Source: Raillietiella orientalis (Eukaryota). Taken from it: DNA of 64,000 nucleotides. The stretch spans positions 4,278,001 to 4,342,000 of the forward strand of contig JAYWIR010000013.1 of the NCBI GenBank assembly GCA_036172245.1. The letters run 5' to 3'. Of the stretch, positions 14,047 to 25,200 are shown piece by piece. Numbering within the stretch: position 1 is the stretch's first letter; every line of letters starts with the position of its first letter. The notes below the pieces were generated by a model. The model made no database searches and was not told the origin of the DNA. It saw only the letters and a program-made list of their open reading frames with translations. A program made the position numbers and the translations under genes.

Positions 14047-17000
14047 TGGATTCACCAGGACTGGGTCCTCCCCACAGTTCATCGTAGGGAGTCGGGTGCT
14101 CTCTGTTTCGAAGTCCTGAAGAACCGAAAGGATGTCCATCATCAAACGTTTGCACTGCAAACGAGGGTTGGCGATGCCAGGTCACCACAGGACCAGCGCA
14201 GGGCCTTCGCGTATCTCGCAAGCGCGTTTGGAACGATTCTGCAAGAGCGGCTAGCAAGAGTGGGGCAAGCACGATCTGCGAAAACGCCACCAAGACTTCT
14301 ATACTGGAGACTACACGTTTGTGCAAGCGTGTCCCGGCCCGCCAGCGATTTTCGGATCCGTTCCGAAGGGTGCGTCAGAGTTGTCTTCTTGGACCCCGGT
14401 TCTTCAGCAAAGTCATCGAACTCACTTTGCAAAAGACGAGAAAGCTGTTTGGAGAACAGTCAGCGCCAGTCGGCGCAGGCGATCTTGTATCGGTGGTAGC
14501 CGAACCAAAGGACAGACTGGGCGATCGCCTCTACCGGTTTCGGAGTTACTCCAGAAATCTGGGTATCCGTGAATCTTTGCAGGCGTGCCTTGCTGCATCC
14601 TGGAGCAAAGAAACCGACAGGGATGAGATGAACCACCATTAAGATCCGAAGAACCCTTTTCCTCACTGGACATTCTTGACGTACCTGCGTAAACCATTTG
14701 GCCCGAGCTTGTTTTCATCTGAGTCCACCGGACAGCAAATTTTGGCAAAGGCAGCATCCACAACCGATTCCAGATTGTCCACGTGTCGGAAGCTCGACTC
14801 CATGGAATCCACTTTCTTTTCCGGCAGCCTAGTGCACCAACAGCGGCTGAGAACACTCAGAAAAGCATGGTGCCTCTGACAACTCATCAAAGAATGTATC
14901 CGTCCTCCGGGAAGGGCAGCAGATGCATAGGACGAGTGATGAGGATTTCGTCTCGGCTTGCCCAGCTTACCGAAGAGACTGGCAACTCCCCTGTTGGCAG
15001 CTGCTTGAGGTTTTCAACTTCTCCGGAGCACATGACCAGTCCCAGAAAATGCCACGAACCGTGGCAAGAAAGGGGATACACACATCACTAGATGCACTGA
15101 AGACTCGGTGAATCGATGTCCGGAGTGATCGACGCGAGATAAAATAAACCCAGTAGCCACACGGAAGTATGTGGACACTGAGAAGGCAGTGGCCTGGCAG
15201 CATTAGGTGAAGTGGACGTTGGAAAAAGAAGCACCTGAAATCACATGTGGCGACTCCATAATCGACGTGCAAAAGTGGAAGAAACTCACCTTGAGCTCGA
15301 GAGCCACCCAACCACTCAACTCAACACAGCATGGTCAGCCTCGTCGAAAATCAGATCAGGGAAAGACAAGTGGTTTGTGTTGCGCAATATCGGGATCCAG
15401 GTCATTTTCCGTACAACGGCGAACACCTCATCAGATTCGTGCACGGCTCGCTTCCCTGCCGGCGCGGGCATCTCCCACCAAGAATCGGCAAAGAAGAAAG
15501 CGTGGCAGATGGGAAGGGTCGCTGGGACACATCCTCAACAGATGCATTTGCAACCGACAACGGAAAAGCACGAAGAATTGATGACCCGCGTGTTGAAAAG
15601 ACGCGAGTTGGCTGTTCCTACGAGGGGATTCCGGGCAGGCTGCTGGAACTCAGCCAATGACGATACACCGAGGGAATTTTCAATTCCCAGGGATCAGCCG
15701 GAGAATATTCAGAAAGAAATGATGTGCTCAGACACAGTGCTTCCGTGATACATATTGGAAGTATATAGGCTGTACCATCGTCTTTAACGAGGAAACCTAT
15801 TGCAATGTAGCGGAAGGAGGGAGAGAGCAGAAAGACTCTGAAGGTGACCGATATGTCTTGGTTCATGAGAGCCTCAGATGTTCAGATCTATGAATAAGTA
15901 TATATTCTACTACATTATGGTAAGGAAAAAAATTGCATTGTAATGAAAAGACTGGAAACAGTTCCCAAACCGAAGTTGGTTTATAGTTTTTAATACGTAA
16001 ATCATTCAACTATAATTGTCAAAAGTTATCGCTTCGTTGTTTTTGATCCGTATATCGTAAATTACATAAGCATTTTATTTCATTTCACTGAATGCAATCG
16101 TACTGTGGAATAAAAGAATTTTCCTTTCATAAACTCTTCTTGGATGAATCGTTTTCATTTGAAACCGTTTCCACTTTTCATGCAGCCATCCTCCGTGGAC
16201 GTGACCGAAATGGCAAATGAGATGCAAATGGATGAATGAACCAAAATTGAATGCGATTGAAATGCACCTGCTGGAATCGGAGGCGGTGCGAGCTTGAGGC
16301 AGCCATCCAGGGCATGTTGACCGACGAGATGCGAGTTCTCTCCCGAGGTTCCTTGGGGATGTTGCGCGTGAGACCATTCGGAGGCTGGATAAGTCAGACG
16401 ACGGGAGTGGACGGAGTGCCTTCGGCCAGGAAACGAACCCGTTTCCTCGTTTTTCCTAGTTCTGAGACGGGCCGAGAGATGGGAGCGATGTTCCCAAGGT
16501 CAAACCGTTGCAGAGCTTACTCTCCTGGAATTTACCCCCTCCGGGAACGCTCCCTTTGCAGTCCACGTCGTCTCCTTTTGTGGAAGAATCGTCAACCTCC
16601 GTGAATATGGGGGTCCCTGATGCGGCTGCTACGAAGGCAGAGATTGATGCTGATCGCCGATGGGGTGCCGAAGATCCAACTGGCTGTGGAGGCGCCTGAG
16701 CCCTGGCATCACGAAAACATCTCTGGATTCCAAGCTCATCTGGAGAATCGCCTAGAGCGAGACTGAGAGACACCCAGGATGCAAGCCCATCTGAGAACTT
16801 GGAACCCTTCGCGTCCCTTCTGGAGACGTCAGTCATGTTGTCTACAAATCACGAACGAATTACTGGAGTCTGCACTGATGTTTGCTTCTCCGATGCGGAT
16901 CGATAACGAGTGAAACTCAGCTCCCAAGTGTTCCTCATTTCTATTCGGGGTGTTTTCAGGAGTCCGCTCCCGATGTTGGAAGTTCAAATAGAATTCACAG

Positions 17001-17229
17001 TGGCATCTGGTGGAGGAGGCCGTGAAAAATTCCGGGAACTTCCATCGAGTTCCCAACAGCTGATGGGAGAACTACGGAAACGTTCTCATGTTGCTAAGAA
17101 GCGTTCAAGGAGACTGCGCAGTTGGCCGGAGCTCAGCCGTGTGCTGGGGTGAAATGCGTGACTTTGAGAGAGGGAGCACCCAACCCCCTACGATGAACTG
17201 TGGGAAAGCCATCCAATCCGGGAAATCCG

Positions 17230-18004
17230 TGTCGACGCTAGGAGAAGGGAGCAGCCGATTCCGAGCCCCGCATCGCCAAGAGTCAACTGATGGAAATCCT
17301 TCCGGGATCTTCCCTGCTTTCCTTTCAGGTTTTTTTCCTTTTCCTTTTTTTTTCGGGTTTTCTTTTCATCCTTTTTCTTCTGGTTCTCCGGAAGTGCTGA
17401 AGAACCGTTCGCCTCCTCAGAGTGGCAGCTCACGTAGCTCTTCGGCGTTGTCCACGCCACCCGAGGGGGCGTGTGACTCTTCGAGTTAGATGGGGTAGCC
17501 CAGGCGGGAGTGCCTAATTGAATCCAGGAAGCCTCTGGAGGAAGGAGTCCCCGTTCCTGTTGCGCTTGGTAGCGAGCCCTCGCCCTGGTTGCCTCGGAAG
17601 GGAATCCCGAAGATAATGCCTTCCTGATTTTCTCCGGAGGAAACCTCCCGGAGGAGACTGTCGCATCATTTCCTCTCCGAAAGGAACCCTCAGGGGAACC
17701 GTCCCTGTTTCCTCCTCCTCTGAAGAGAACCACGGAGGGATGCTTCCTAATCTCTCTGAAGAGTCGCTCCCCGAAAGGAGCCGCGCAATTCTCGACAGGT
17801 GATCCCCTGAGGGGGCTACCAACCAGCTCTATGGATACGCGATGGAGGACCCACCCTCGAGAGGGGAGACGGCTCCATTTGCAGAAGGGAACCGTCTCCT
17901 TGATTTCTGGAAGGATTCCGGAGGGTCGACTTCCAATCTTGGCCAGTTAAAGGGAGCACTCGGTTTCCTGATGCTTCCGCCAGTGCCGAGCTCGAATGGG
18001 CCAA
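17230..18004. repeat. Right arm of the 775-bp inverted repeat
   Basis: Reverse complement of 13272-14046; diverged homology continues to ~17160 and ~18040. Confidence 0.92.
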
Positions 18005-18071
18005 TCAGTGTCATCTTGCGGGGAGAATCGAAACCCACGAGACACCCATTTTTCGGCAGATCAACCCTTCA

Positions 18072-20760
18072 TTTTCAGCCGCTTACGCCGAGGCGTTCAT
18101 TGTAAAAAAAATATATACATTTACAATAAAAACGGTAGCATGAAATATAAAAAAATGTCTTTCCTCGTGGTGGCATCACATGACCACTCCGAAGGGAAAT
18201 TCTCACACGGAGGCGCTACTCCTCGTGAGCAGCTGCCGCGATGAGACCCGCACAGGAAAAGTGGGGGAAGTAGGGGTAAATAGAAACAAAAACACACACA
18301 CACACAACACTTAGGGGTGGGGGTGGAGGGAGGGGAGGAAAGGGATTGCAGATTTCTCCCAGCATCTTCTGCAGAATGTTGGCATTTTCCTCCCTTTGCA
18401 GGCAGAGACGCGGCCGTCCTGTCGCCTTCCCCACCGAGGAGCGGACCACTGCGATGACCTCACCGTTCGACTGGCCTCTTCCGGCGCGGCTTCTCTCCGC
18501 CGCCATCCCACGGAGGCAGCACGGAGCTGCGAGGGAAGTCGCAGGCGACATCGAGTCGCGCGCGAAGAGGCACCACAGGACCTCTACCGCTGCCCGCCGG
18601 GAGCGGAAGGGCCCCGCGGCGAAGCGTTCCCGGACACTCATTAGGGCAACAGGTGGGGGAAGGTTTCCCGTTCCTCGCGCCTGGCACCGTCTGCACTACC
18701 CCTCGTCCAGTGGCGGACTCGCGCGTTGCATGGGATCTCCCAGTGCAGCAGCTGCGACGCCGAGTCCGGCAACTTCGGGGGAGGCGCGGAGCTGTCCACA
18801 AACACGGGGAGAATTTCTGTCTCTCCAGGAGCTCCCCTCAGTGACGAATTCCTTCGGGGAGGACGGCAGGGGTGCATGCGTCAGCCAGTTGACGCGCCGT
18901 CCAGCATCCCAGCTACTTCCCCGCGATTCCTCAGGATTTCCCATCTTGCAAGTCCATTGCTGTTTCCACTGTGTTGGATTGTGTGGAGCGTGGCTGCAAG
19001 TGGAATGCTCCATTCCCAGATGGTCTTCCTTGGGCAGTCCGTGATTTCCTGCAGAGGGCAGCGAGCGTACTCGGGAATAGGAGGCATCGAGACGCCTCGG
19101 GACTCGTGTCGTTCCGTTCCGCCCACGCCTAAACCGTTTCCTGTTTCCAGGCACTGCAGTTGGCGGGGCAGGAGGAAATCCATCCGTCCTCCTGGACTGA
19201 AGCAACCACTTGTCCAAGTTGGTATCCTCATAGGGGCAACTGTCGGTGGCCACGCACGAGGAACGTACCGAGTACCTCGGCGCCGGCTGCTCACTTGGTC
19301 AGGAGTCTGGCTGGGACTCTCCAATGGATGGTCCAGAACTTCGCCGTGAGGGCGAATCTTCCAAACTGGTGCTGACGCTGCATCCTCTTTAGCGTCAGGG
19401 TGGCGTCTCGACGCGGAGGGCAAATGTCCTTCGAGCGGACCCGGTACCTCTGCGTTCCCTAGAAGACTTCTTGCACGTCGTCGATCGCTTTTTTACATCT
19501 CGGGGCAGGGACAAGGAAACTTGCTCCGGAAAGAGAAACTTGCTAAGCCTTCAGAGCGGGCTGAGCACCGATTCTGCAATTTGGAGGTCACTGGACCAGG
19601 TTCCTGCTGGACAGAAGTCACCCAACGGAACTCTCAGGTACTTGAAGCACCTGACCTTGAGGAACTCAAAGCGGATCCAGTCCGGTTGCCTTATCCATGT
19701 CTCACCAACGGGGAGCTCAGCAGACTTCTCCCTGCTTACACGCATACCATCTCCCCGGCGGATCAGCTCGAGGGATTCCTCGAGCGATGTTGTCGGAGCT
19801 GACGTGGGTAACAGTGGCAGAAGATCGGTATCTGCAGGGGCAGAAGACCCATCAGGCGTGTCTGGGCACGAACTGGGTAGGGCAGCTAGGGTTGCCCCGT
19901 ATGCTCCCTGCACCAGCTCGAAGTAGATGCTGAAGAGCAACGAGCTCTGGTTGTGTCCTTGCAGAATTCCGTATCGCACTGGTACGCCGTACATATGTTG
20001 GCCGCTGAAGAAAATAACAGTCATCACATTGCGCTAGCAGGAGCGCAAGGAGGCCACGGGGGCATCCGGAAATCCCATGCTTGTTAGAAGTTCCAAAAAA
20101 AACTCTTCGTCGACGCAGTCGAATGCCTTTTGTTTAGCTTTTTGTTTGTCCCCCCTTCCCCCTACTGCCGCGGTGGGCCGTACCGGTTTTCGAACCGGTG
20201 ACCCGGCAGGCTCTGTGTTTTTTCGTGCGTGACTGGAGCACTGGTCCAGCCACAGCGAGTGTTGAAGTTTGTTTTAATAAACGCCCCGGCGAAACCCGGG
20301 TGAAAATCGAATGCCTTTTGCAGATCGACTGCTACAGCAAGGGCTCCCGATCCCTGGCCATGTCGGAATTCAGACGCAACCCTGAACTCCTTTGGCCGAC
20401 TGGCGCAACCGGGGCAGACAAACGTTTCCGCCAGTCGCCCCAGGCGCTCAGCCCGTAGCTTCGCGATCAGCTTCGCGTTGGAGCAGTAGCAGTCGGTGTC
20501 CCATCTGGGGATTGTTACCTCAGCAACGGACTGATCAGACCGTGGATCAGCAGCCTCTCTGGATTTCTGATGTATCGGAATGATGAACCGATTGTTTTTG
20601 CTTTCGTTTTTGGTTCCTGGAGATTGCAAGGTCTGTGCGCCGTTCCTCTTTCTGCAGGCGTTTCTTGAACGTATTTCCAGCGCCTTTCCACCGTCCTGCA
20701 ATTCCGTTCCGAAGGCGCAGTCCCGCCAGCTGGGTATTAGATCAGCTCTAATTTCCTGGA
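18072..20760 (-). mobile_element. Degenerate L1/Tx1-like LINE (RT, zinc knuckle remnant, 3' UTR)
   Basis: Minus-strand remnants SNAKLIAKLRAERL, VAVDLQKAFD/CVDEEFFLELLTSMGFP, YGILQGHNQSSLLFSIYFE, GMRVSREKS, FKYLRVPL, ETFPHLL; family 3' end AATGAACGCCTCGG..GGCTGAAAA at 18101-18072. Confidence 0.75.
20133..20306 (+). mobile_element. 174-bp 5'-truncated LINE 3' end (or short SINE) with a 14-bp target-site duplication
   Basis: Exact TSD TCGAATGCCTTTTG at 20119-20132 and 20307-20320; ends AATAAACGCCCCGGCGAAACCCGGGTGAAAA. Confidence 0.85.
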
Positions 20761-21994
20761 CATTTCACTCCTTCGCGTCAGCGCGATGAGCCACGCTCCT
20801 CGTGACGTCACACTGGATGGACAGAAGGTGGAAGTAGATCGAAGTTTCTCAGCAAAGGATAAGTCACCAGTTGACCATGGAAAACTGTCTTCGGGTGCTC
20901 CAAAGACAGTTCGTGTCTAAAGCCACTGCAAGATCTACATTCAGTTCGTATGCTATGATGGTCGAGATGCAAGAATCACTCGTTTCTCGGGACAATGGAG
21001 CTTCAGGGTTTCCAGTGGCGAGCATGAGTGTCGAAATCTTCAAACGTGATGTCTCAGGGGGTCGAAGCGAAAAGAATGGTGTTCTCTACCCTTGTGCTTT
21101 ACGGGGAAGGGAGGATCCAAGCAGGGAGAAGAACGAAACTGTTAACCGCCACGCGGGGAATTCATCCTCAGTCGGTCATCAAATGTCAACTTTGGCCCCT
21201 TGGGAGCAGCTTGTCTCGCCTCCATCTTTCGCTGTTCCGTATCAAACAATCACCACGGACGCGACGGGCCAAGAGTTCCCAGTAGCAGCAGGAAAGGTCC
21301 CCCGATAGCTCACCGGGCATCGTCGCCCGGCAACACCTAATGTAAGACACTCGTCCAGATTCACGCACACTAAAGGTCATGTGGTTCTCTACGTATCGGG
21401 TCCATCATTCCCGGATGGCTTGAATCAGATTTCAGGAGATGAGCTTCTCTGACTGCCTTGATGGGGTTCGCTCCCTACACGCTGGAACCGACGAGGATGA
21501 GCTTCCAGGAAGGCCGCGCGCAGCATGGGATGGCAGTCCCGAAGCGCATGGGCTCTTGGACAAACGCGACGTGCGCCGGGGTGCGGCAGGAATCTTCGTA
21601 TCCTCCCTCTTTCGCTGCACCCGCGTCGATCCAAAGGGGAGCATTGAGGGACGCAAGGAAGGAGGAAAGTCGACCTCGACCACAAGCACGCCGGAGATGC
21701 ATGCGCGGAGCGTCACTCGCAAGGGGCAAAAGGAGGAGGGGGAGGAGAAACTCGAGTTGACCGAGCGCTCCGGCGAGTATGGAATGCCCACAGGCGCTAG
21801 GAGGCACGCTGCACTCTTGACCGCTCGCGTCACGGTCGGTATCAATGACCCGTGCGCCGGAGAACAGACGAGGAGAACTGAAGCGACTGAAGAGCAAGAG
21901 AGGAGGAAAAAAAAAAGAAAAAAAATCTTCCTGGCCCACTCAGGAAAGCACAGACTCACGCACGCGCGAGAGCGGGGAGAGAGAGACGTGAGGG

Positions 21995-22035
21995 CAGCTA
22001 TGACGGTAGCAAGGCCCGCTGCCTGCTCAGTGCCC
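21995..22035 (+). promoter_or_regulatory. Possible core promoter of the P4H gene
   Basis: TCAGT (arthropod Inr-like) at 22027-22031, about 50 nt before the ATG, with a weak TATGA about 28 nt upstream and a GA-rich tract further up. Short motifs, so weak evidence. Confidence 0.25.
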
Positions 22036-22078
22036 GATGCTCCACGCCGCGGAACGAAGCAGAGACGACAGACCTGAG

Positions 22079-22266
22079 ATGCTGCTGCCGTCCTCCTGCA
22101 ATGTGCTCCTTCTGCTGGCCGCCACCATCGGCTGTGCGCTCGGCGGACACGACATCCAGACCTCCATGGTGCAGATGCGCGCTCTGAAGAGCTCAGAGTC
22201 CAGGATCGTGCGGCAGCTGCGGGACCTCCAAGGACAGCTGCAAGCGGTCCTCTCCGTCCTGGACAA
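22079..22266 (+). CDS. P4HA: P4H alpha exon 1 (signal peptide and start of N-terminal coiled coil)
   Basis: MLLPSSCNVLLLLAATIGCALGGHDIQTSMVQMRALKSSESRIVRQLRD... ends AA|gtaaga. Phase 2 matches the exon 2 acceptor; resembles the P4HA N-terminal TS..M..L...E motif. Confidence 0.82.
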
Positions 22267-25200
22267 GTAAGACGACCGGGGATGAGCGCGCGAACTCGCC
22301 CGCGGCGCCTTCCGGAAGTGGAAGGGGGGGAGGGGAAGAGACTGGGAGCAGGGGACGGAAGAACGCATGTGCGCGCGCGGCGGCTGGTCGCGCCCCGTGC
22401 GCCCTCGAGTGACGGCGGAAGGGGCTGCTTTTCCGAAGCGCGGGAGACTTCGGGCACGCGGATGGGGCGGCCATACCGGAGCTCTGGCAGTTCCCCTGCC
22501 AGACCACCACGAAGCAAGCCCAGCCCGCGGGGCCCGAGGTCTCGGATGGAATGCCAGCCAAAAATCATGCCTTTAGCAAACTCGCGACCCGGATTGACCG
22601 ACGGTGGTAGCAGGCGGTGGACACCGAACGGTCCACGCTTCGTTGATTCCCGTGGCGGGAAGAGGATGACCAGTCCACCTGCTTTGAGGACTCAGAGGGC
22701 ACAGAAGCATCATGAAGGCTTCTTCGTCCTTCTGGAAGCGGAGACGCTCAGCGAGGCGACCTCTCCCGGGAAGTGGGGTCGGTCGCCAGCGTCCGCGTCC
22801 CGCTCTTGAGGGAGAGGCGTACCGGCCATGGTCGCGCGAGCTGGCAGGTCAGGCGCCCGAAGACAGCGACGCGGAGGTCCAGGAAGAGCTGCCTCCCGCA
22901 AGGGCACCGTGAGATACCGGAAGGCATTAGAGGAGCGAGGAGGGTTGAGACGAATTCTCCACGCGGTGACTGGAAGGCTGGATGAGCACCACAGACCACA
23001 TCCTGTGGGAGGGATGCCGTCTCCCCAGGAGCCTCCTTCGATTGACCCGCCGAGCCTTCCTGGCCGGAAGGACACGAGGCGAGGCTGCCGAAAAATGCGA
23101 GCGAATTCCCCCCTTGGGGGCGAGGACTCGCTGCAGGTGGGCGATTCCTCAGCGGGACTCGTGCGCCCCGTTTCGTAGCCGCGTGACCGAGACGGACCTC
23201 ACAACAACTCCGCCGCGACCTTGAGGACGGCTATCCGTGGTTCCTCAAGGTCGTTCTCAGGGAACAGGGAAGAGAATTCTCAGCGGCCCAAAGACTCCCC
23301 AGAGAGAGCGCCAGCCACCCCTTTAAGGGGAGAAAGGGAAACGCCCGAGACTCCAGTCCGTCTGGGAGGCTGCGGCCACACGGTCCCCGGGCTAGAGAAC
23401 CAACTCCTTTCCTCGAGAGGAGCGCAGGCATCAGTCCGAATATTGGTGCGAGAAAAGATAAAGCCTTTGGGCATTATTGGATGCGCGAAACCATAAAGTC
23501 CTCGAGTGGGAACCCCGCACGTATGAGATGAGATGAGATGAGATGCACCATGGAGCATCCCAGTCCACGGCGTGTCCGGAATGTGGACCCGGAGCCCCTC
23601 TCCGGGGTCTCCACAAGCCATAAGTCACTCCCTCTGGAGCTGCAAACACCACGATGTTCCCTTGGACCAAATCCAGCGATAGCCATGTTGAGATCGAGGT
23701 CGGGGAGGGAAGAAAAAATGGAGCCAAGGAGCAACTGAGGATCGACTCGAGGAAGGTCAGAAAGTGGAGGGACGACCAAATTCCGAGAAAGAACAAGTTG
23801 CTTCATATGAGAAGAGAAGACAGCTGTCCGTCCTGCTAGCTGACGGAAACCTACAGAGGAGCTTTCCGGTCGAGGTCACGGCGATGCGGGACTGCAGGCC
23901 GAACAGCCTCTGATCCTTCTCCACCTAGCAGCACGGATGTGGATCTGCGGATCGTCACCCGGTGGTGGGAGAAATCCACGTGTGGCAAAGCTGAGAATCG
24001 CTGTTATTATCAGACGGGAAGCTGGTCATCTGAAGCGCGAGCTCGGGGATGCGACTGACCCTTTCGCGCCGTGTTTTCTTTGGAAAGAATTAAATGTGGA
24101 TGCACTTGAAGAACCTTCGCGAATCCAGAAAGATGCCCAAGACGTGAGGCACCACGCGAGGCTGTTGATCACTCGGAAGAGTGCTTCTAAGGGTCCTGGA
24201 ATTTCCAGGAAGAAACGAAGGAAACTTTCCCAAGCAGCTGCTGAACCAAGCCGCCTCTGTAGTCCTCTGCGTCGCGATTGGCTCGTTAACCATGGAGGCT
24301 GGTTGATCAGCCACAGTAGCTGACTGGAAATTGGCGGAAGTTACCTGAACGATTGAGAGCGACACTGAAGATCTGAAGATGGAAGAGGCTGTGGTCCTCC
24401 CTGGAACGGGCAGGAACCAAACATGACGAGAGGGAGTCTTCTCCCCCAATGACGAACTTTCTTCCCGGCTCGCCAAGTGGGACTCGGAACCGAAAGAAAG
24501 GATTTATCAACGACCAGCAAGGAACCATTCCTCAGATCAAGTCGGCTCTTCGCTCGAGACAATGCGGAGCAGCGTCGTCGGAGATCAGCAGCAGCTGAGG
24601 GCAGCTTTGCAGCTTCCGACGAGAGAAATGCGTGGCCTAGAAGGAACGTTTCTCTTTGGCTGGCGTGCGATGGCTCCACCTTTTCCTCCTCCGTCCAAAG
24701 AACAGACTTGGACGTGGTTTCCCTCCCCTTGCCCCTATCCCTTTATGTGGAATCGGTTCCTGGATGGGGTTAGCTCTCCGTTACAAAGTCTAGGATGCTA
24801 CACTCTGCTCTTCCGTTTCGCTCCAAAATCTGAAGCCCCTGTAGCCGTTCCGTGATGCTCCAACTGCCTTCTATCACGTGATCTCTCTCCTGGGGGATGA
24901 CACGCGGGTGAGCACCGCGTTGGGCGCTCATCCAGCTGTGGGAGTCCCGCTTCCCCGTTCGCAAAGTGCCAGCGCTGGTGGCCCAACATCCCTGATCTAG
25001 GAAGCAGACAAGAGTCCCCTGCCCCAGAGCGAGGGAAGAGTGGCCATGCCTGTCGTGGCGAGAACTCGGCAACAACACTGGACAAAGCGTGATGGGGGAA
25101 GGCGACCGGGGACCTGCTTCTCTTTTCCGTCCCTAGAGAAGTAGCGTCTTGAGGAAGAGCAGGAAGCCTGAGATGCGGGAAACGACGGAGGTCCTCGAAG

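Noticed and set aside
13543..14499. 318-aa ORF (+) and its inverted twin 17188-17733
   Set aside because: Antisense reading of the repeat leader; the poly-Lys stretch comes from A-runs.
20170..20260. tRNA or B-box (GGTTCGAA on minus) in the 174-bp insert
   Set aside because: No cloverleaf; the motif is antisense to the insert polarity and part of a short palindrome.
21432..22568. 378-aa ORF (-)
   Set aside because: Antisense to P4H exon 1 in GC-rich DNA; low complexity, no motifs.
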